64,000 nucleotides of DNA from Azolla caroliniana (Eukaryota; Plantae; Polypodiophyta): positions 6,386,001-6,450,000 of the forward strand of contig JBHGNT010000003.1 of the NCBI GenBank assembly GCA_043228905.1, read 5' to 3'. The translations under genes were made by a program, and so were the position numbers. How positions within the stretch are numbered: the first letter of the stretch is position 1; every line of letters starts with the position of its first letter. A model generated the notes under the pieces. It was not told the origin of the DNA, searched no databases, and saw nothing but the letters and a program-made list of their open reading frames with translations. Positions 38,837 through 53,069 of this stretch are shown one piece after another.

Positions 38837-38985
38837 TTGTGTGTGTGTGTGTGTGTTATGAATGAAGTAAAACAGAGGAATTTGAGAGAGAGAGAGAGAG
38901 ATTGTGTGTGTGTGTGTGTGTGTGTGTTATGAATGAATTAAAAAAACCAGAGGAATTTCAGAGAGAGAGAGAGAGAGAGAGAGAT

Positions 38986-39022
<37 letters not shown>

Positions 39023-39065
39023 AAGAGAGCTTGTGTGTGTGAGAGAGAGAGACAGACAGAAGATT

Positions 39066-39109
<44 letters not shown>

Positions 39110-39214
39110 AGATTGTGTGTGTGAAGAGAGAAGATTTGTGTACGAGTGAGAGAGAGAGAAGATTATGAATGACAAAAGAGGAGAGAGAAGATTGTGTGTG
39201 TGTGTGAGAGAGAG
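38395..39214. repeat. Minisatellite built from microsatellites: TATGAATGAATTAAAAAAAACAGAGGAATTT(GA)n(GT)n, about 10 units then degenerate
   Basis: Directly visible. One further unit continues after the MITE at 39767-39845. Confidence 0.95.
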
Positions 39215-39766
39215 TAGCAATGGGTTCGGTTCGGTTCGGTTTCAAGGCAAAGAAACCAAACCGTTTATTTAAAACAAAAACCAAACCAAACCATTTATGA
39301 ACTCTCAGTATTTAAACCAAACGATTTAAGAAAAAGTTGAAACCAAACCATTTAGGGAAAAGTTTAAACCAACCCGAACCATTTAATAAAAAAATTTAAC
39401 CTAACCACTTAACCACTTAAATCAAACTAATTAAACATCTAAATAAACAAAAATACATTAAATTAAATAAGCGTTTAAGTTAAATTTAATAAATCAATAA
39501 AAGAAACTTTAATTGAACTATTAAATTAAATAAACATTTAAGTCTAATTAATTAAATCAATAAACTATTAAGGTTTAAAAAAAAAGTTAACCAAAAACCT
39601 ATAAACCTTTAAACCAAACCTATAAACCCGAGTTTTAGAATCGAACCAAACCGTTTATTGAAAATCCAAACCAAACTACACCATTAAATTTTTTTGGAAC
39701 CAATAAACCGTTTAATCATGGCTTAATGGTTCGGTTCGGTTTGAGCCGAAACCGTGCCCATTGCTA
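39215..39766. mobile_element. hAT-type MITE
   Basis: TIR TAGCAATGGG..CGGTT at both ends, 8-bp TSD AGAGAGAG (inside a GA tract, so less diagnostic) and subterminal AAACC/AACCG repeats. Confidence 0.85.
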
Positions 39767-42186
39767 AGAGAGAGAGAGAAGAGTGTGTGTGTTATGAATG
39801 AATGAAAGAAAGAGAGGAATTTGAGTGTGTGCGCATGCGTGTGTCTCAGTCACGAGAGTAGTGGATGTTTTGCCTGATATTAAGTGTATTATTATCCTTG
39901 GGCATTGTCGATGCCTAACATGTCTTCTATCGTCCGCCTTGCCTGCCCTAATCCCAAGCTCTAGCCCAATATGAGCATGTCGTTGTTTTGTTGTATCATT
40001 GTAGCACTCTTCCCCTCGACCATTTTCACGAAGGATCCAATGATCCCTCAGCAACCCTATCAATTGGTCAACCGATCATGGACGACAATATTGTCATCGA
40101 TCCAGTTGGATGAGAGAATTAAAGTAAAAAGGGAATCCGATTGATGGTTATGGTGTGATACTGAATGTGAGGAGGTTTGTTTTCTATACGCCCAATGCAT
40201 GGAAAGAGGATTTGTAGGGTCGAACAAATCCTTGCTAGAACTAAGGGGTGTGCTCTTAGTCACTGAAAAGCATCGAAGGGGAGAATCTAGTGAATTTAGA
40301 AAATAAGCACGAGCATCTATGTCAACTAGTAGGTGTTACGTTAACGTTGAATCTTGGTTAAATATCTATATGTCATTTAGGGTTTACAATGTGATGAAAA
40401 CGATATCTATTTCCAAGAAGATGACTCCCAAAACTCTGTATGTATAATACATCACATCATAATCATAAAGTTTGCTTACTCAATCACTTAGAGCCACTAA
40501 AAACTTTATTATAAAATAACATTTATATTTCATGATGTAAATTTAGGTAGGAATTGGAAGCATATGTAGAGAGATGTTCAATTGCTTGGAGTAGTATTGT
40601 TTAGACAGAAAGAATGTTATATTTGAATCTTCGAAGAGGCCAAAATGGTCTTTATGACCACAAAATAGACTGCATCCTCAAACGTTGTCTCCTTTCATAT
40701 ACACACAAAGAAAAGAGAGAGGTTTAATCGTACTAAAATTTAGGATTATTGAGAAAACTGCATAATACGTGGAGTTAATATCATTCCAAAGTTAATTAAC
40801 ATTGCTTCTTTTCGAAGGAACGACATTACATATCTACTTCTAAACCGTATAACCAAGTATTTTTGCATAGAAAGGAACCACGATGCTCAACAATTTTTGC
40901 ATTGCATTGTTTGTGATGCGTTTTTAAAGGGAAGATGTTAATGAATTCAACCTTGCACAATTGAAAAATGGTAATGCCAATATTTTATGACCATTTTAAC
41001 AAACAACCTAGTAGTGTTATGAATCATGAAATCAAATGACAACTATGAAGGAATCCTATGTTCAAACATACACCTCTAATCCTCGAAGTTGAGGAGTACA
41101 ATCTTTAGCATGAGCTCCTATAATCACTTACACCCTAAAAGTTGTAGGACAAGCTTTATTGATGCTCCTATATTTAGAATTCCGCCCTCAAAGTTACAAA
41201 GTACAATCTTTACCATTACGCCATCATATTTATAAACAACGTGGTTTGTGCCACTAATTGAAAAATATGCGAGAAATGCAATGTGTGGATGTCAGGGTCA
41301 AGAATCACAATGAACGAGCTAATGAAGTTCGCCTTGACTCATAGCATTTGAGCTTTCAATATGTTGATGGTGGTGTGAACATGATGAAATTAGACGATGG
41401 GAGAGGAGGGCTGAGTGCAACCATGTGGGGTTGGGATGATTGGGCCAAGGTCAACACTTAGGGGGGAGACAATGAATAGGGTATTCAAAGTATGTATGGT
41501 TGGTTGCTATTGGACCCTAGCCAAATGAATGGTTGTTACGTTGATCATCCAATTAGTTTCAACACAAGTTATGAGAGGTGGGAGGATGGGTGTGCGAAGA
41601 GCGAGGAAGGGTGGTGTGATGATGACAAGGTAAGCTTGTATTATAGTATATACTATCGAATGTAGACTAGACTAGATTGTGGAAAATGAAATTTTAGTAG
41701 GATATCCTACTATTAGACTCTAGATTCTAAATTACAATCTATAATATCAATGACATCACATTGTGCTTAAGCACGTAGTATCTTGCTTGTGACATGTGAT
41801 AGGAATGCATACTAAAAGTATATTACACAATACATCGGAAATCCTCCAATCATGGTAGAAACATGCATGTATTGACAATCTCACGAATCACAATACGATA
41901 TATCTCAATTTAATATTTTAAAAACATGATTTCTTCATATTGTGGCTACATGAATTTGAAATATAGATTGATTGGTATGCAACATTTGGTCGATTGATTA
42001 ATAAAATACATGTTTTGTTCGTATAACAATTGCATCGCATCAAAGTTAGTTAACAATTATAGTAGACATCATGGATTTGCTCGTTATCATTATTGATGTA
42101 TGTTCAATACAACGTGTCATATTTATTGTTTGTATATACTTATCCTCTCTGCCCATGTACACTTTATACTAATAACTTGTAAGCAT

Positions 42187-45100
42187 TTATCTCATTATAT
42201 TGTCACAATTACTATGAACAAATAATACTAGGTATAAACACAATAGTGTAGCAATAGTGCGTGGATTACAATTGAAGGTAACGTGCTCAAATAGTGAGCA
42301 AACTCATAGAATGTTGTGCATGATCTAATTTCATCATCTAGGTTGATAAGTTAAAAAAAAACACCCTTAAAGATCATTGGCATTACTAAATGTTATCATT
42401 TTCATTCTTTCTATTGTGGAAAATGTGACCCCTTAAAAAGGCAATGCTAATAGTAGAATGCACTCAAATTTAAGGGTCAACAAGCCTTAAAATCTACTAA
42501 AAGTATTTAAAGTAATAGTGCAATGTTGATGGGAGGTATTACTTAGCTTCGCTGCCATGTATTTTCTGTAAACTTGCTCGTCTATAAATTATCTTATTGA
42601 AAGGAAATCAGTGTTTTATTGTTGGACAACAAAAAAGAGGAGCACAGAATTCCTTATAATCAAGGATTGATCGAGAAATAGATCTTCCTTTATATTGTAT
42701 GATTGTTTCCCACGCATGTTTAAAGAGCATAAATGTAACATTGGTCTAGATAGTGCAAATGGGATTCACAACCTTTTTGTCTTCGATTGTATTGAGGAGA
42801 ATTCCACTTCAATTGAAATATATGCATTTACTACCATAACACGAGTTTATGTATTGGGGATGATTGCAACTATATTGACATATGTGTAGGTTATTTGATG
42901 GGCCAAGGCCCTAGCTGACCATGTATTGCCTTGAACCGAGATCACACTACTTTGTGCAAGCGAGTTTTTATTCGTGAACCATGTTGTAGGGGGGAATTTT
43001 TTATTTATTCAAGGTGTTTGGAGGAGCATGTTAATGCTAGCATGCATAGGAATGACAAACACCAAGCAAATCTGCTATGAAACCAATGATCAATCAAAGG
43101 TAGAGAGCAAACATTTAAATAAACATATCGAGTGGCATATCGAACGTGTAGAGAGGACATTATATTTTCGCGAATAGAACGAAGGCTCCGGTCGATAGCA
43201 ATTACATTAGTTCGGGTGACAAAACTAATGGATCGGATTGGAACAACATAAACTAATGGATGTCAATCCGATATGATCCAATCCAATCCGATCAATCTTC
43301 CACGACAGAGAGAGTGATGATTTGATTCACCAGGGATTTGTTTGTCCGAGGAGCGATAACTCTAACAAGGCCAATGCATTATTCGGTTAGGTTATGATGT
43401 ATACTGACATCCGTCCCAAGGTAGAGAGGAAGTTCTGCATTATGTATAATGAAAAGTGAAGCAATAGTGGACATGTTGAGATTTGAATCCTGGTGCAAGG
43501 ATCTGCAAATCCTTGGCCCCCACCACCCGTGGATATGGATCTCATGAATCATGCATGATTCATCTAAGTACACTTTAAACTAAAAATCACTTATCTCATT
43601 ATATTGTCACAATTACTACGAACAAATTTTTTCTTAGTACTAGGTATAAATGCAATAGTGCGTGGATTACAATTGAAGGTAACGTGCTCAAATAGTGCAC
43701 AAACTCATTGAATGTTGTGCATGATCTAATTTCATCATCTAGGTTGATAAGTTTTAAAAAACACCCTTAAAGATCATTCGCATTACCATATGTTATCATT
43801 TTCATTCTTTCTAGGGAAAAGTACCAGGATACTCTTGGAAGTTCGTCTATTTACCAAAATGCCCCTAGAAGTTCCAAATTTACCAAACTACCCCTATGTC
43901 CAAAAAATTACACTTTATAAAGTAATTATACACTCAAATATTTGGTAAATAGCGTTATTTTGGGTCCATTTCTTCCATCTTTGGTCAATATGGCTTGTAG
44001 ATTTGAGTGTATAAATACTTTATAAAGTGTAAATTTTTGGACATAGGGGTAGTTTGGTAAGTTTGGAACTTCCAGGGGCATTCTGGTAAATAGACAAACT
44101 TCCAGGGGTATCCTGGTACTTTTTTCTTCTTTCTATTGTGGAAAATGTGACCCCTTAAAAAGGCAACGCTAATAGTAGAATGCACGCAAAATTAAGGGTC
44201 AACAAGCCTTAAAATCTACTAAAAGTATTTAAAGCAATAGTGCAATGTTGATGGGAGGTATTACTCAGCTTCGCTGCCATGTATTTTCTGTAAACTTGCT
44301 CTTCTATAAATTATCTTATTGAAAGGAAATCAGTGTTTTATTGTTGGACAACAAAAAAAAGGAGCACGGAATTCCTTATAATCAAGGATTGATCAAGAAA
44401 TAGATCTACCTTTATATTGTATGATTGTTTCCCACGCATGTTTAAAGAGCATAAATGTAACATTGGTCTAGATAGTGCAAATGGAATCCACAACCTTTTT
44501 GTCTTCGATTGTATTGAGGAAAATTCCACTTCAATGGAAATATATGCATTTACTACCATAACACGAGTTTATGGCTTGGGGATGATTGCAACTATATTGA
44601 CATATGTGTAGGTTATTTGATGGGCCAAGGCCCTGGCTGACCATGTATTGGTCCATTACTCAACATTGCCTTGAATTGAGATCACGCTACTTTGTGCAAG
44701 CGAGTTTTTATTCGTGAACCATGTTGTAGGGGGGAATTTTTATTATTATTCTAGGTATTAATGCTAGCATGCATAGGAATGACAGACACCAAGCAAAATT
44801 GCTATGAAACCAACGATCAATCAAAGGTAGAGTGCAAACATTTAAATAAACATATTGAGCGGCATATCCGAACGTTTAGAGAGGACATTATATTGTCGCG
44901 GATAGAACGAAGGCTCCGATCGATAGCAGTTACATTAGTTCGGGTGACAAAACTAATGGATCGGACCAGAACGACAGAAACTAATGGATGCCGATCCGAT
45001 ATGATCCAATCCGATCCGATCCGATCCGATCCTATCAATCCTCCACGACAGAGAGAGTGATGATTTGATTCACCAAGGATCTGTTTGTTCGAGGAGCGAG

Positions 45101-45315
45101 AACTCTAACAAGGCCAATGCATTCTTCGGTTTGGTTCCGGTGTGTACCGACATCTGTCCCAAGGTAGAGAGGAAGTTGTGCATTATGTATAATGAGAAGT
45201 GAAGCAATTGTGGACATGTTGAGATTTGAATCCTGGTGCAAGGATCTGCAAATCCTTGGCCCCCACCACCTGTGGATATGGATCTCATGAATCATGCATG
45301 ATTCATCTGAGTACA
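42187..45315. repeat. Tandem segmental duplication of ~1.4 kb (42187-43572 and 43591-45315)
   Basis: Collinear similarity throughout, e.g. twin ORFs 42695-42889 and 44417-44611. Copy 2 carries a MITE. Confidence 0.92.
43814..44126. mobile_element. Mutator-like (MULE) MITE
   Basis: ~125-bp imperfect TIRs starting GGGAAAAGTACCAGGATAC and 9-bp TSD TTCTTTCTA (43805-43813 / 44127-44135). The empty site is present in the paralogous copy at 42405-42413. Confidence 0.93.
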
Positions 45316-45539
45316 GAGAAGCAGCATCAATGAGAAAGAAAAGAGAAAGAAGAGAGGGAAAATGAAGGACCTAGGAATCACCCACAAAGCTAAACCAGCA
45401 AGCTGAAGCCCATGGCAACTCTATGTCTAAGCTTCCTTGATCCTGCCACATCATTGGAGAAGGTACAGATTTCAAAACTTCATTTCTGTGTTTCTTCTTT
45501 GCTTTATTGTCTCTGCTCTCCTAACTAACATTTAAATGT

Positions 45540-46200
45540 TATAAGATTCAACGATGGATGGCATCACATGTGGCTTCTTTTTACTAATTAGTTACTTCTA
45601 AGTCTGTCTAATTTGAGTGATTTGTGCATGATGTATGGGCCTTTTCTACTCATAATTACATCTAAAATGCTAGATTGAGTGATGAATGAATTGTATATGG
45701 TTTCTTTTTACATCCAGGATGAACTTTCAGCAACGAGTACATCAAACAATGCATCTTTTTATTCATAACTTACATATTAGATGCTAAATCGAGCGATGGA
45801 TGGATCAGATATGGAGCTCTTTGTTTATATCCAAGGTGATTATTCAGTCGTGGGTGTACAGATACTGGTTTCTTTCTACAAAGGACCTACATCCGAGATG
45901 ATAAGTTCAGTGACAAGTCCAGAAGATATGAGTTCTTTCTACTTATAATGACATCTAGGATGCTTGATCGAATGATGGATGGATTAGATATGGGTTGTTT
46001 CTACTGATAATGACGTCTAAGGTGCTAAATTGAGTGATGAACCCATCAAACATCGTTTTTTTTAACTATTATGGACCTCAAACTACATTTTAGATGGTAG
46101 CTTGAGTGATGGATCAATGAGAAAAAGGTTCGTTATACAAATCTCAATCTCTGAACTATGTCAAAAAATTTAGATTGAGTGATGATCCTATCGTAAATGA
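45540..46200. repeat. Degenerate ~62-63-bp minisatellite
   Basis: Recurring TTTCTAC...ACATC...GATGCTARATTGAGTGATG units (TCTAC at 45875, 45938 and 46000). Confidence 0.55.
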
Positions 46201-47414
46201 ATACTTTTTTTTTACTAAAAGAGATACAGTGCTTTTATTCACTAATCTGGATTTCAAACACAACCATTGAAGGATGGTACTTTGAGTGAAAAGAACCTAG
46301 ATTTTGACATGGGCTGAAGAAAAGATGTAATATTATGTGAGGATGAATTGCTAGATAGATTTTATTGGTGAAGATGAGTCATCAGACTCCTTTTATGTAA
46401 TTAGATGAGGCTGCATCCCCCTTCTTGGAGCCATATGGATTGCAATGTAATGTTTCACTTTATGTCAAATCTGAACCTTGCAACCAAATAATGTTTTCTT
46501 ATAGGTCCTAATATGTGTTCATGCAATGTTTCTTGTTTTGGCAGTTTTACTACATTGTACTCTGGAGCAATTTATGATTATTACAATATCGTGTTAAAAC
46601 TCACTGTGGAAAACTTTGATGGACACGGAGGACTTCTTCAAGAAAGATTATTCACTTCTATCATGCTCTTTTTGGTAAGTTGTGCTGATATATGTTTTCC
46701 TTAACTATATTTGGTAATGGAAGAGAATGATTTAATAGGGAAAATAAAGGAATGGCATGATTCAAGGCAATGGTTTGGATAATTAGATATCCCTTATTTG
46801 ATTGGCTTCGTAAATGGAAGAAGACTCAAGAGAGAATTCAACTCAATAGCTGGTTGATCTTGTTCTGCATGTTTTCATTGTGTTATCTGATAGATATGGT
46901 CACCTATAGGTCCTCCAAAATGCTTTGTTGGGTGATTAGACATCTATTTCTGACTACCTTACCGATATATGTTTTTAATTCTACTTCCATTTCACACATC
47001 TGCATATACAAATTTCATCCTCTTATATCAGAGGATGCAATGAGATTATGCGAATATCATTGTTATATTGTCTTAGTAATATTATAACTGCCTAGCACCA
47101 ATATATTGTAGATTTAAACCATTCAAATAATGCTCAAAAGGCCATAGTGAATAGGTTATACAGTCAAAAAGTAAATTTGCATATAAAAACTATTGTTGCA
47201 AAGGCACATGGAGGCTGATATGAATTGGTGTGGTTGTGTAAAGATTTATGATCTCTTCAATATCTTCTATATTCATGTACAACTTATTGTTGAGTATTTT
47301 AATGGCATTTTTCTTTGGGAGCTTATAAACAACCTAGTTTTAAATGTTGGTTAGTTCTGGCAATTTTTATATATTTTTATCTATGGTCTAAGATTCACTA
47401 AATTCAAGAGCTCA

Positions 47415-47612
47415 TAGAAGGTAAATGTTCCATAAGGTGAAGGCTTGGACAAGGTGAACGCTCAAGGGTGCAAAGACTTGGACGAAGGAGGCGAATGCTC
47501 ACAGGAGGCCAAGGTTTGAACGAGGTGAACATTCCATCAAGCAAAGGCTCGAAGGAGGCTAATGTTCAAGGAGGCAAAGAGTTGGACGAGGTGAATGCAC
47601 CAGGTTTGATAA
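47415..47612 (+). repeat. Degenerate 33-bp tandem repeat
   Basis: AAGGCTTGGACGAGGTGAAYGCTCAAGGAGGC-like units, translating as G.GLDEVNAQG repeats. Confidence 0.5.
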
Positions 47613-50399
47613 ACGTAAGAGTTGGGGATGTTAGCATCATATTTATGGTGGATTGAATGAAACATTTCACTTGTGTGCGGCATAATCTTACTTGGGGTTT
47701 TCACTCCTTTCGCAGCTTTCTTGGATGGATTCTTGTTTATTGTTCACTTCACTTTTGAAAGACGAATCAGTGTTTCGCTCCTTCTAACATCACTCATCAA
47801 TCAACATGGCAGAAGAAAGATATAATGAAAGGTTTGCAATCACTAAATAAGATTGAGAGAAGGGTTTGGTTAGAGCTTGCATATTGCATCTTTTTAGTTA
47901 GGGGTATTTACCATATCCTTTTTGTCGTTGGAAAGCTAAAAAAATGGCAGCATTTTAGACCACTTCTCTCTGAGCTAGAAGTTGTGAATTAGTTTATGCA
48001 TTTTTTAGCCGCAAAGAAAAGCAAGAACTAAGACACTTTTGTCAAGTCAATTAATTTGGGTTTATTGTGATGCTTGCTGATAATTCATTTGATTTCTCAC
48101 CTCCTTTTTTTGTATGTTATAATCCTAGCATGTGAACTCATAACTTATCTTTGCATGAAGCCATTGTATGGTGTTTATCGTGATCAAGGTTTCTTGGATA
48201 ATGATAACTCTAATGTCTGCTTATTGGACCTATTTTTGGTCTTGTTGTCAAAGTAGCATGTTGGCCATGGATTAGAATCTATTTTGAGCTCATAGGTGCT
48301 TGGTCTTTACAATTTTACAGAACTTTGGAATCTATTAAACATTCTTAGAACCTCTATTATGGAAAAGGATAATGAATTTGCGCATAAGTTTTTTTTATCA
48401 GGGCCGATAACCCTTATTTTTTGTTATTGTCGCAGCATAAAAGTAATGTTAATTTGTGATCAGAGAATAGATGATTATATGATATACCCAATGTGGTGTT
48501 TGTGCTCAATTGTTGTAATAATGTTAATAATCTGTATGTACTTATGCATCGTGCTTCAATGTTTTTCTCATTTCCTTCTCTTTAATATGCTTGTGAAGTA
48601 ATATTTTATTTGTTAGATGCTAGCGTATTAATCAAAGTGTAAGAATGGGTTCTTACATCTTGTCACTAATGGAAGGATTTTCCTCTAATGTTTTTTATAT
48701 ATTCAAATTTGACAGGAGTGAATGATGCAATGACAATTAGTGCTCAATGGTAGGCAAAGAAAATGGATCAATGGTTTACATTCAATGTGATTGATTGGCT
48801 ATAAAGTTCATTCTCATTCTCAGATGCTTGCACTTTTAGGTTCTTCCATCCTAATGCTCCATCTTGCTTCTTTGAAATGTGAGTTGTTAAGTCTAGGAAA
48901 TCTTGATTCTCATATTAAAGAGATTGTGAACGAAGTCATAGTGGGAGAAATGGTGTGGATGACGAACAAGGATATAGAGCTCAACTATATTTGCCTATGT
49001 TAAAATAGCCAATAAAAAGGAACATCTTTGTCTGTACAACATCATGTATGATTGGTGTAGGGGCATTTACATGACACTTAGAATGTTAATGGCCTAGTTT
49101 TCCAAGAGCCTAGGATCTATGAGTTCAAGAGGTCTAGCTAAGGAGATAAGTCTTGAAGACAAGCATTTTGAAGACATTTGCATGCATCTTTGAATGGCCT
49201 AGTTATAAAAGTGCCTAGGGTTTATGAGTTCAAGTTCTATAGATGTCTAGCGATGTAGATAGGTGTTGTCTTATGGATTTCTCAACATGGGGTGTATCTT
49301 GGAGACTTGTTTTGACAATATTTGGTAACTGCGTTATGATTTGAATGGCTTTGCATGGCCACCCTTGATGAAATAGGGAATAGGATTTGTGTGCTTTCAT
49401 CAAACCGCCACTAGCTTTCATAGATTTGTAAGATGATATGGTGTATGACTTCCCTTAAATTGTACACTTGTTTCCCTCGACTTAAATAGTATCAATAGGG
49501 CGTTGTGCTTATGGTTGTAAGATTAACGCTAACAATTTTTTACTTTGGGTGACTTTGTGTAAGTTTAGGGAGTCGAAATAGTGTGTTGCCTTGATGTCAT
49601 TATTAGGCAGTTGTTTCCTATTTACTAGCAACGTGGTTCAGGTTCCTTTTATGTATCTTCAGTGATGACACTTCATGTATTCACCACACTTGGATTGTGG
49701 CCACCTAACATAATTTTTTAGGTTGATAGACTAAGACTTGTAGGGGTAATTGGTGGAACCTCCATTTCAAGGGTCATGATTTCTTCTACAAGAGTAGTTG
49801 AGGTAGGAACATTTAAATTGAGAGTTCCGAGGTTTGGATCAAGTATGGTGAGTGTAAAGTACTCTATAATAGGACTTGTATGTGGAGATTATCAATCATA
49901 CATTTATTTGCAAGGTGAAGTACATTAGTTGGGGACTTAAACCAATCATACGTCTACTTGCATCTCACCAATCTTGCCCTATAATACATACATAGTTTAG
50001 AAAGGGTTCTCATAGGTATTACTTGGGCTTCAAGACATGTCCACCTAGTAAGGATGTTAATATCTCATGTAAGTGATCCCACCATTAGATGTCACCACAC
50101 AAAGGCTTAAGTGTTGGGAAACTGAGTCATAACCAATGTTCGTATGAAATGTTTTTGAAAATGGCTCATGTCAACTAAGGTCATTTGTTGTATCGCTACA
50201 ATAGATTTTACACGAGAGAGTAGAGGATTCAACTATCTTCAAGGCCATGTCATGTTATCTACTGGATGGTGGGTCATTGGTTGGGATGGTTGTACCATGA
50301 AATAGTTTATGCTCAAACAATTGGCATCACAACATTGTCCCAATTGGGTGCATGCCATAAACCATTGTCTACATATGCATCCAATTCATGTTGGAGCAA

Positions 50400-51600
50400 G
50401 TCATGGGTAGCTTCAGATAAATAAGGCATCTAAAAGTGTGTGGGTAGATTACAAAAGTATTTGCCAAATATATCCCGCCCAATATGGTTTTATTGCAAGT
50501 AGGAATATATGGCATAATGCGTTGAATGTTCAAATGGCCATGGATTATGCATGTGACTCATCGAGGATTTTTTATGGTGCAATTAGATTTGGAGAAAGCT
50601 TATGATTGTGTTAATTGGTCATTTGTTTATGGGTTAATGCATACAATGGGCTTTGGACCACATATGTGACGTCGTGTATTTTTATTAGGACAAGATATAG
50701 TGTCTCGAGCGATGCTTAATGGGGGAATTACATTAGATATTGCCCTCACAATATCTATTCGTCAAGGATGTTCATTTAGGCCATTGTTGTTTGCTATTGC
50801 TACTCATCCCTTGTTAGTGACGTTATCAAGGCTTGCAGGGAATGGTGACATTGTGGGTCTACACCTTCCATCTGGACGGCAACTAGTAGCACAGGTTTTG
50901 ACAAATGATTCTTTCATGTTTCTACCTGCCTCATGAGAGAATCTTGAGAAAGGAATGCTTGTGTGGAACGAATTTGCATTGGCTTCCGGATTACATATTA
51001 ATTGGAGGAGGTCTAGTCTCATATCATGTTCTGAAAGGGATTTGGAATGGTTAGGAAATAATTTATTTTTCGACACTTGGGGTATCCATTGGGAATGATT
51101 GCTGCAAATGGTCAATTGATGAATGGATGTCTAGTAAGTTTAGGAATAAGTTCATGTATTGGAAGTCACAATCTTGGCCATTTCATGTATGCTCGAAGGT
51201 TGTTCAATGTATTATGGAACCCATGGAATTATATTACTTGTCATTGTTTTCCATGGACAAAGAAGGCTTTGCATTCTATTTTGCAACCTCTTCAATATTT
51301 GTTGTGGAGAAAGAGGGACAAGATGGGAATCACATGGGTTGTGTGGAATTATCGAGCAACCCCTAAGCACTTGGGGGGAGCTAGAATATTGGACTTATCT
51401 ATGCATATGATGGCTAGTAGATTTTCATTATTGCAAGATGTGTGTTCTGACTCACAACCATGGATATCTATTGTTTAATGTTTAGAACATGGGTTTAACA
51501 CGTGGAAGGACAACAATTAAGGCTTCATTGTGGCAATTACCGAACGTATGTATTTTCACTTAAGATTTTTGGTTTATGGCAAGAAGCAGTCTTGTTATGT
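50400..51600 (+). mobile_element. Degenerate L1-type LINE reverse transcriptase fragment
   Basis: QYGFIASRNI, LDLEKAYDCVNWSF, MGFG, SIRQGCS..PLLFAIA and SGLHINW, with many stops and frameshifts. Confidence 0.85.
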
Positions 51601-52109
51601 GTATGGAAATGATCATCAATCCATGCTTGCTTGTTTTTTCTTATGACAACCTTTCATCTTAGTTGATTGTGTGAAAGCAACATCGGCCAAAAACAAAAAT
51701 ATTGAAATGAAGTGATGAATGGGACTAACATTTATCCAAGATTGTTGGACATCTTAGTTTCCACTATAGCTCTACCATAATAACAAAAATATGTATATCC
51801 TTTTTTAATCGTACGATCTATTTCCATCATACATAATCATATTAGATTCCAACACAAGTTAGTGAGAGTGTTATATTTGTAGTTGATCTTGCTTGCTACA
51901 TACTTTCCAGTAAAAAAAAAAGATTAATCATAAATCAAACGAGCAACCCATCCTACCCTGCTCCACAGGACTTGTTGTCATCCTTCATCGACGAAAACTT
52001 TAGCAAATCAAGAATCATATACTTTTGTCTTGACAAGACTATTACAGTTGACTCTGCCATCCTTGCAATCCAATTATATTAATGTCTTTCGGCTTTAGAG
52101 AGGCTTACA

Positions 52110-52490
52110 AATACATACATACATACGCATGTGCATACAACACATGCATGGATACATACATGCATACATACTTACATACAAACATACATACAAACGTACG
52201 TATGTACATACATACATACGTACATACAAACATACATACATACAAACGTACATACATACATACATACATACATACATACATACATACATACATACATACA
52301 TACATACATACAATACAAACATACATATAGACAAATACATTCATAGAACTAGACAAACATACATACATACACTCCTTTATACTGCAATGACTAGTCATAC
52401 AAACAATCACACAAGCATGCATGTACTACATATAAATGAGTAGTACTCTACTTACTACTATTACTCATATACAGAGACAAACACAGAGTT

Positions 52491-52522
<32 letters not shown>

Positions 52523-52746
52523 TACATACATACATACATACACATACACACAAACATACATACACACATACATACTATCATACAATCATACAATCATACA
52601 TAGACATACATACATACACACATAAATACAATCATACATACATACATACATACATACATACATACATACATACATACATACAAATTATACAATCATACAT
52701 ACATACATACATACAAATTATACAATCATACATACATACATATACA
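52110..52746. repeat. (TACA)n / (CA)n microsatellite blocks
   Basis: Directly visible. Confidence 0.95.
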
Positions 52747-52827
52747 TGGAATAAGACCAAAATACTTATAGCCTCAAAGTTCCACGGAAGAGGAACATCC
52801 ACTGATTTCTTCCTTTATTTGCAAAGC

Positions 52828-52924
52828 AGAAGGAGAAGGAGAAGAAGAAGAAGAAGAAGAAGAAGAAGAAGAAGAAAAGAGAGAAAGGAAAAGGAAAAGG
52901 AAAAGGAAAAGGAAAAGGAAGGAA
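52828..52924. repeat. (GAA)n and (GGAAAA)n purine tract upstream of the helicase gene
   Basis: Directly visible. Confidence 0.9.
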
Positions 52925-53069
52925 GAGTAGAGCAAGCGACATACATACATTTTCTTGGGTTCCTAGGTAAAAATTTCCTCTGTGTGTTCTCCTCCTGTCT
53001 TCTGTCCAAAAATTAGGGTTTAAGGTTTAAGCTTCGTCGGTCGGTCGATTTCAATCTCCTGGTTTCAAG

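Noticed and set aside
38395-39000. Constant repeat with variable spacers, superficially CRISPR-like
   Set aside because: The spacers are only (GA)n(GT)n microsatellites, the context is eukaryotic, and there are no cas genes.
48791-49003. ORF faintly resembling the C-terminus of an adaptor-complex sigma subunit (CEL...IVNEVIVGEMV..TN)
   Set aside because: Similarity is too short and degenerate to support without a search, and no other exons were found.
52082-52443. HTYI/MYVC-repeat ORFs on both strands
   Set aside because: They are translations of the (TACA)n microsatellite.
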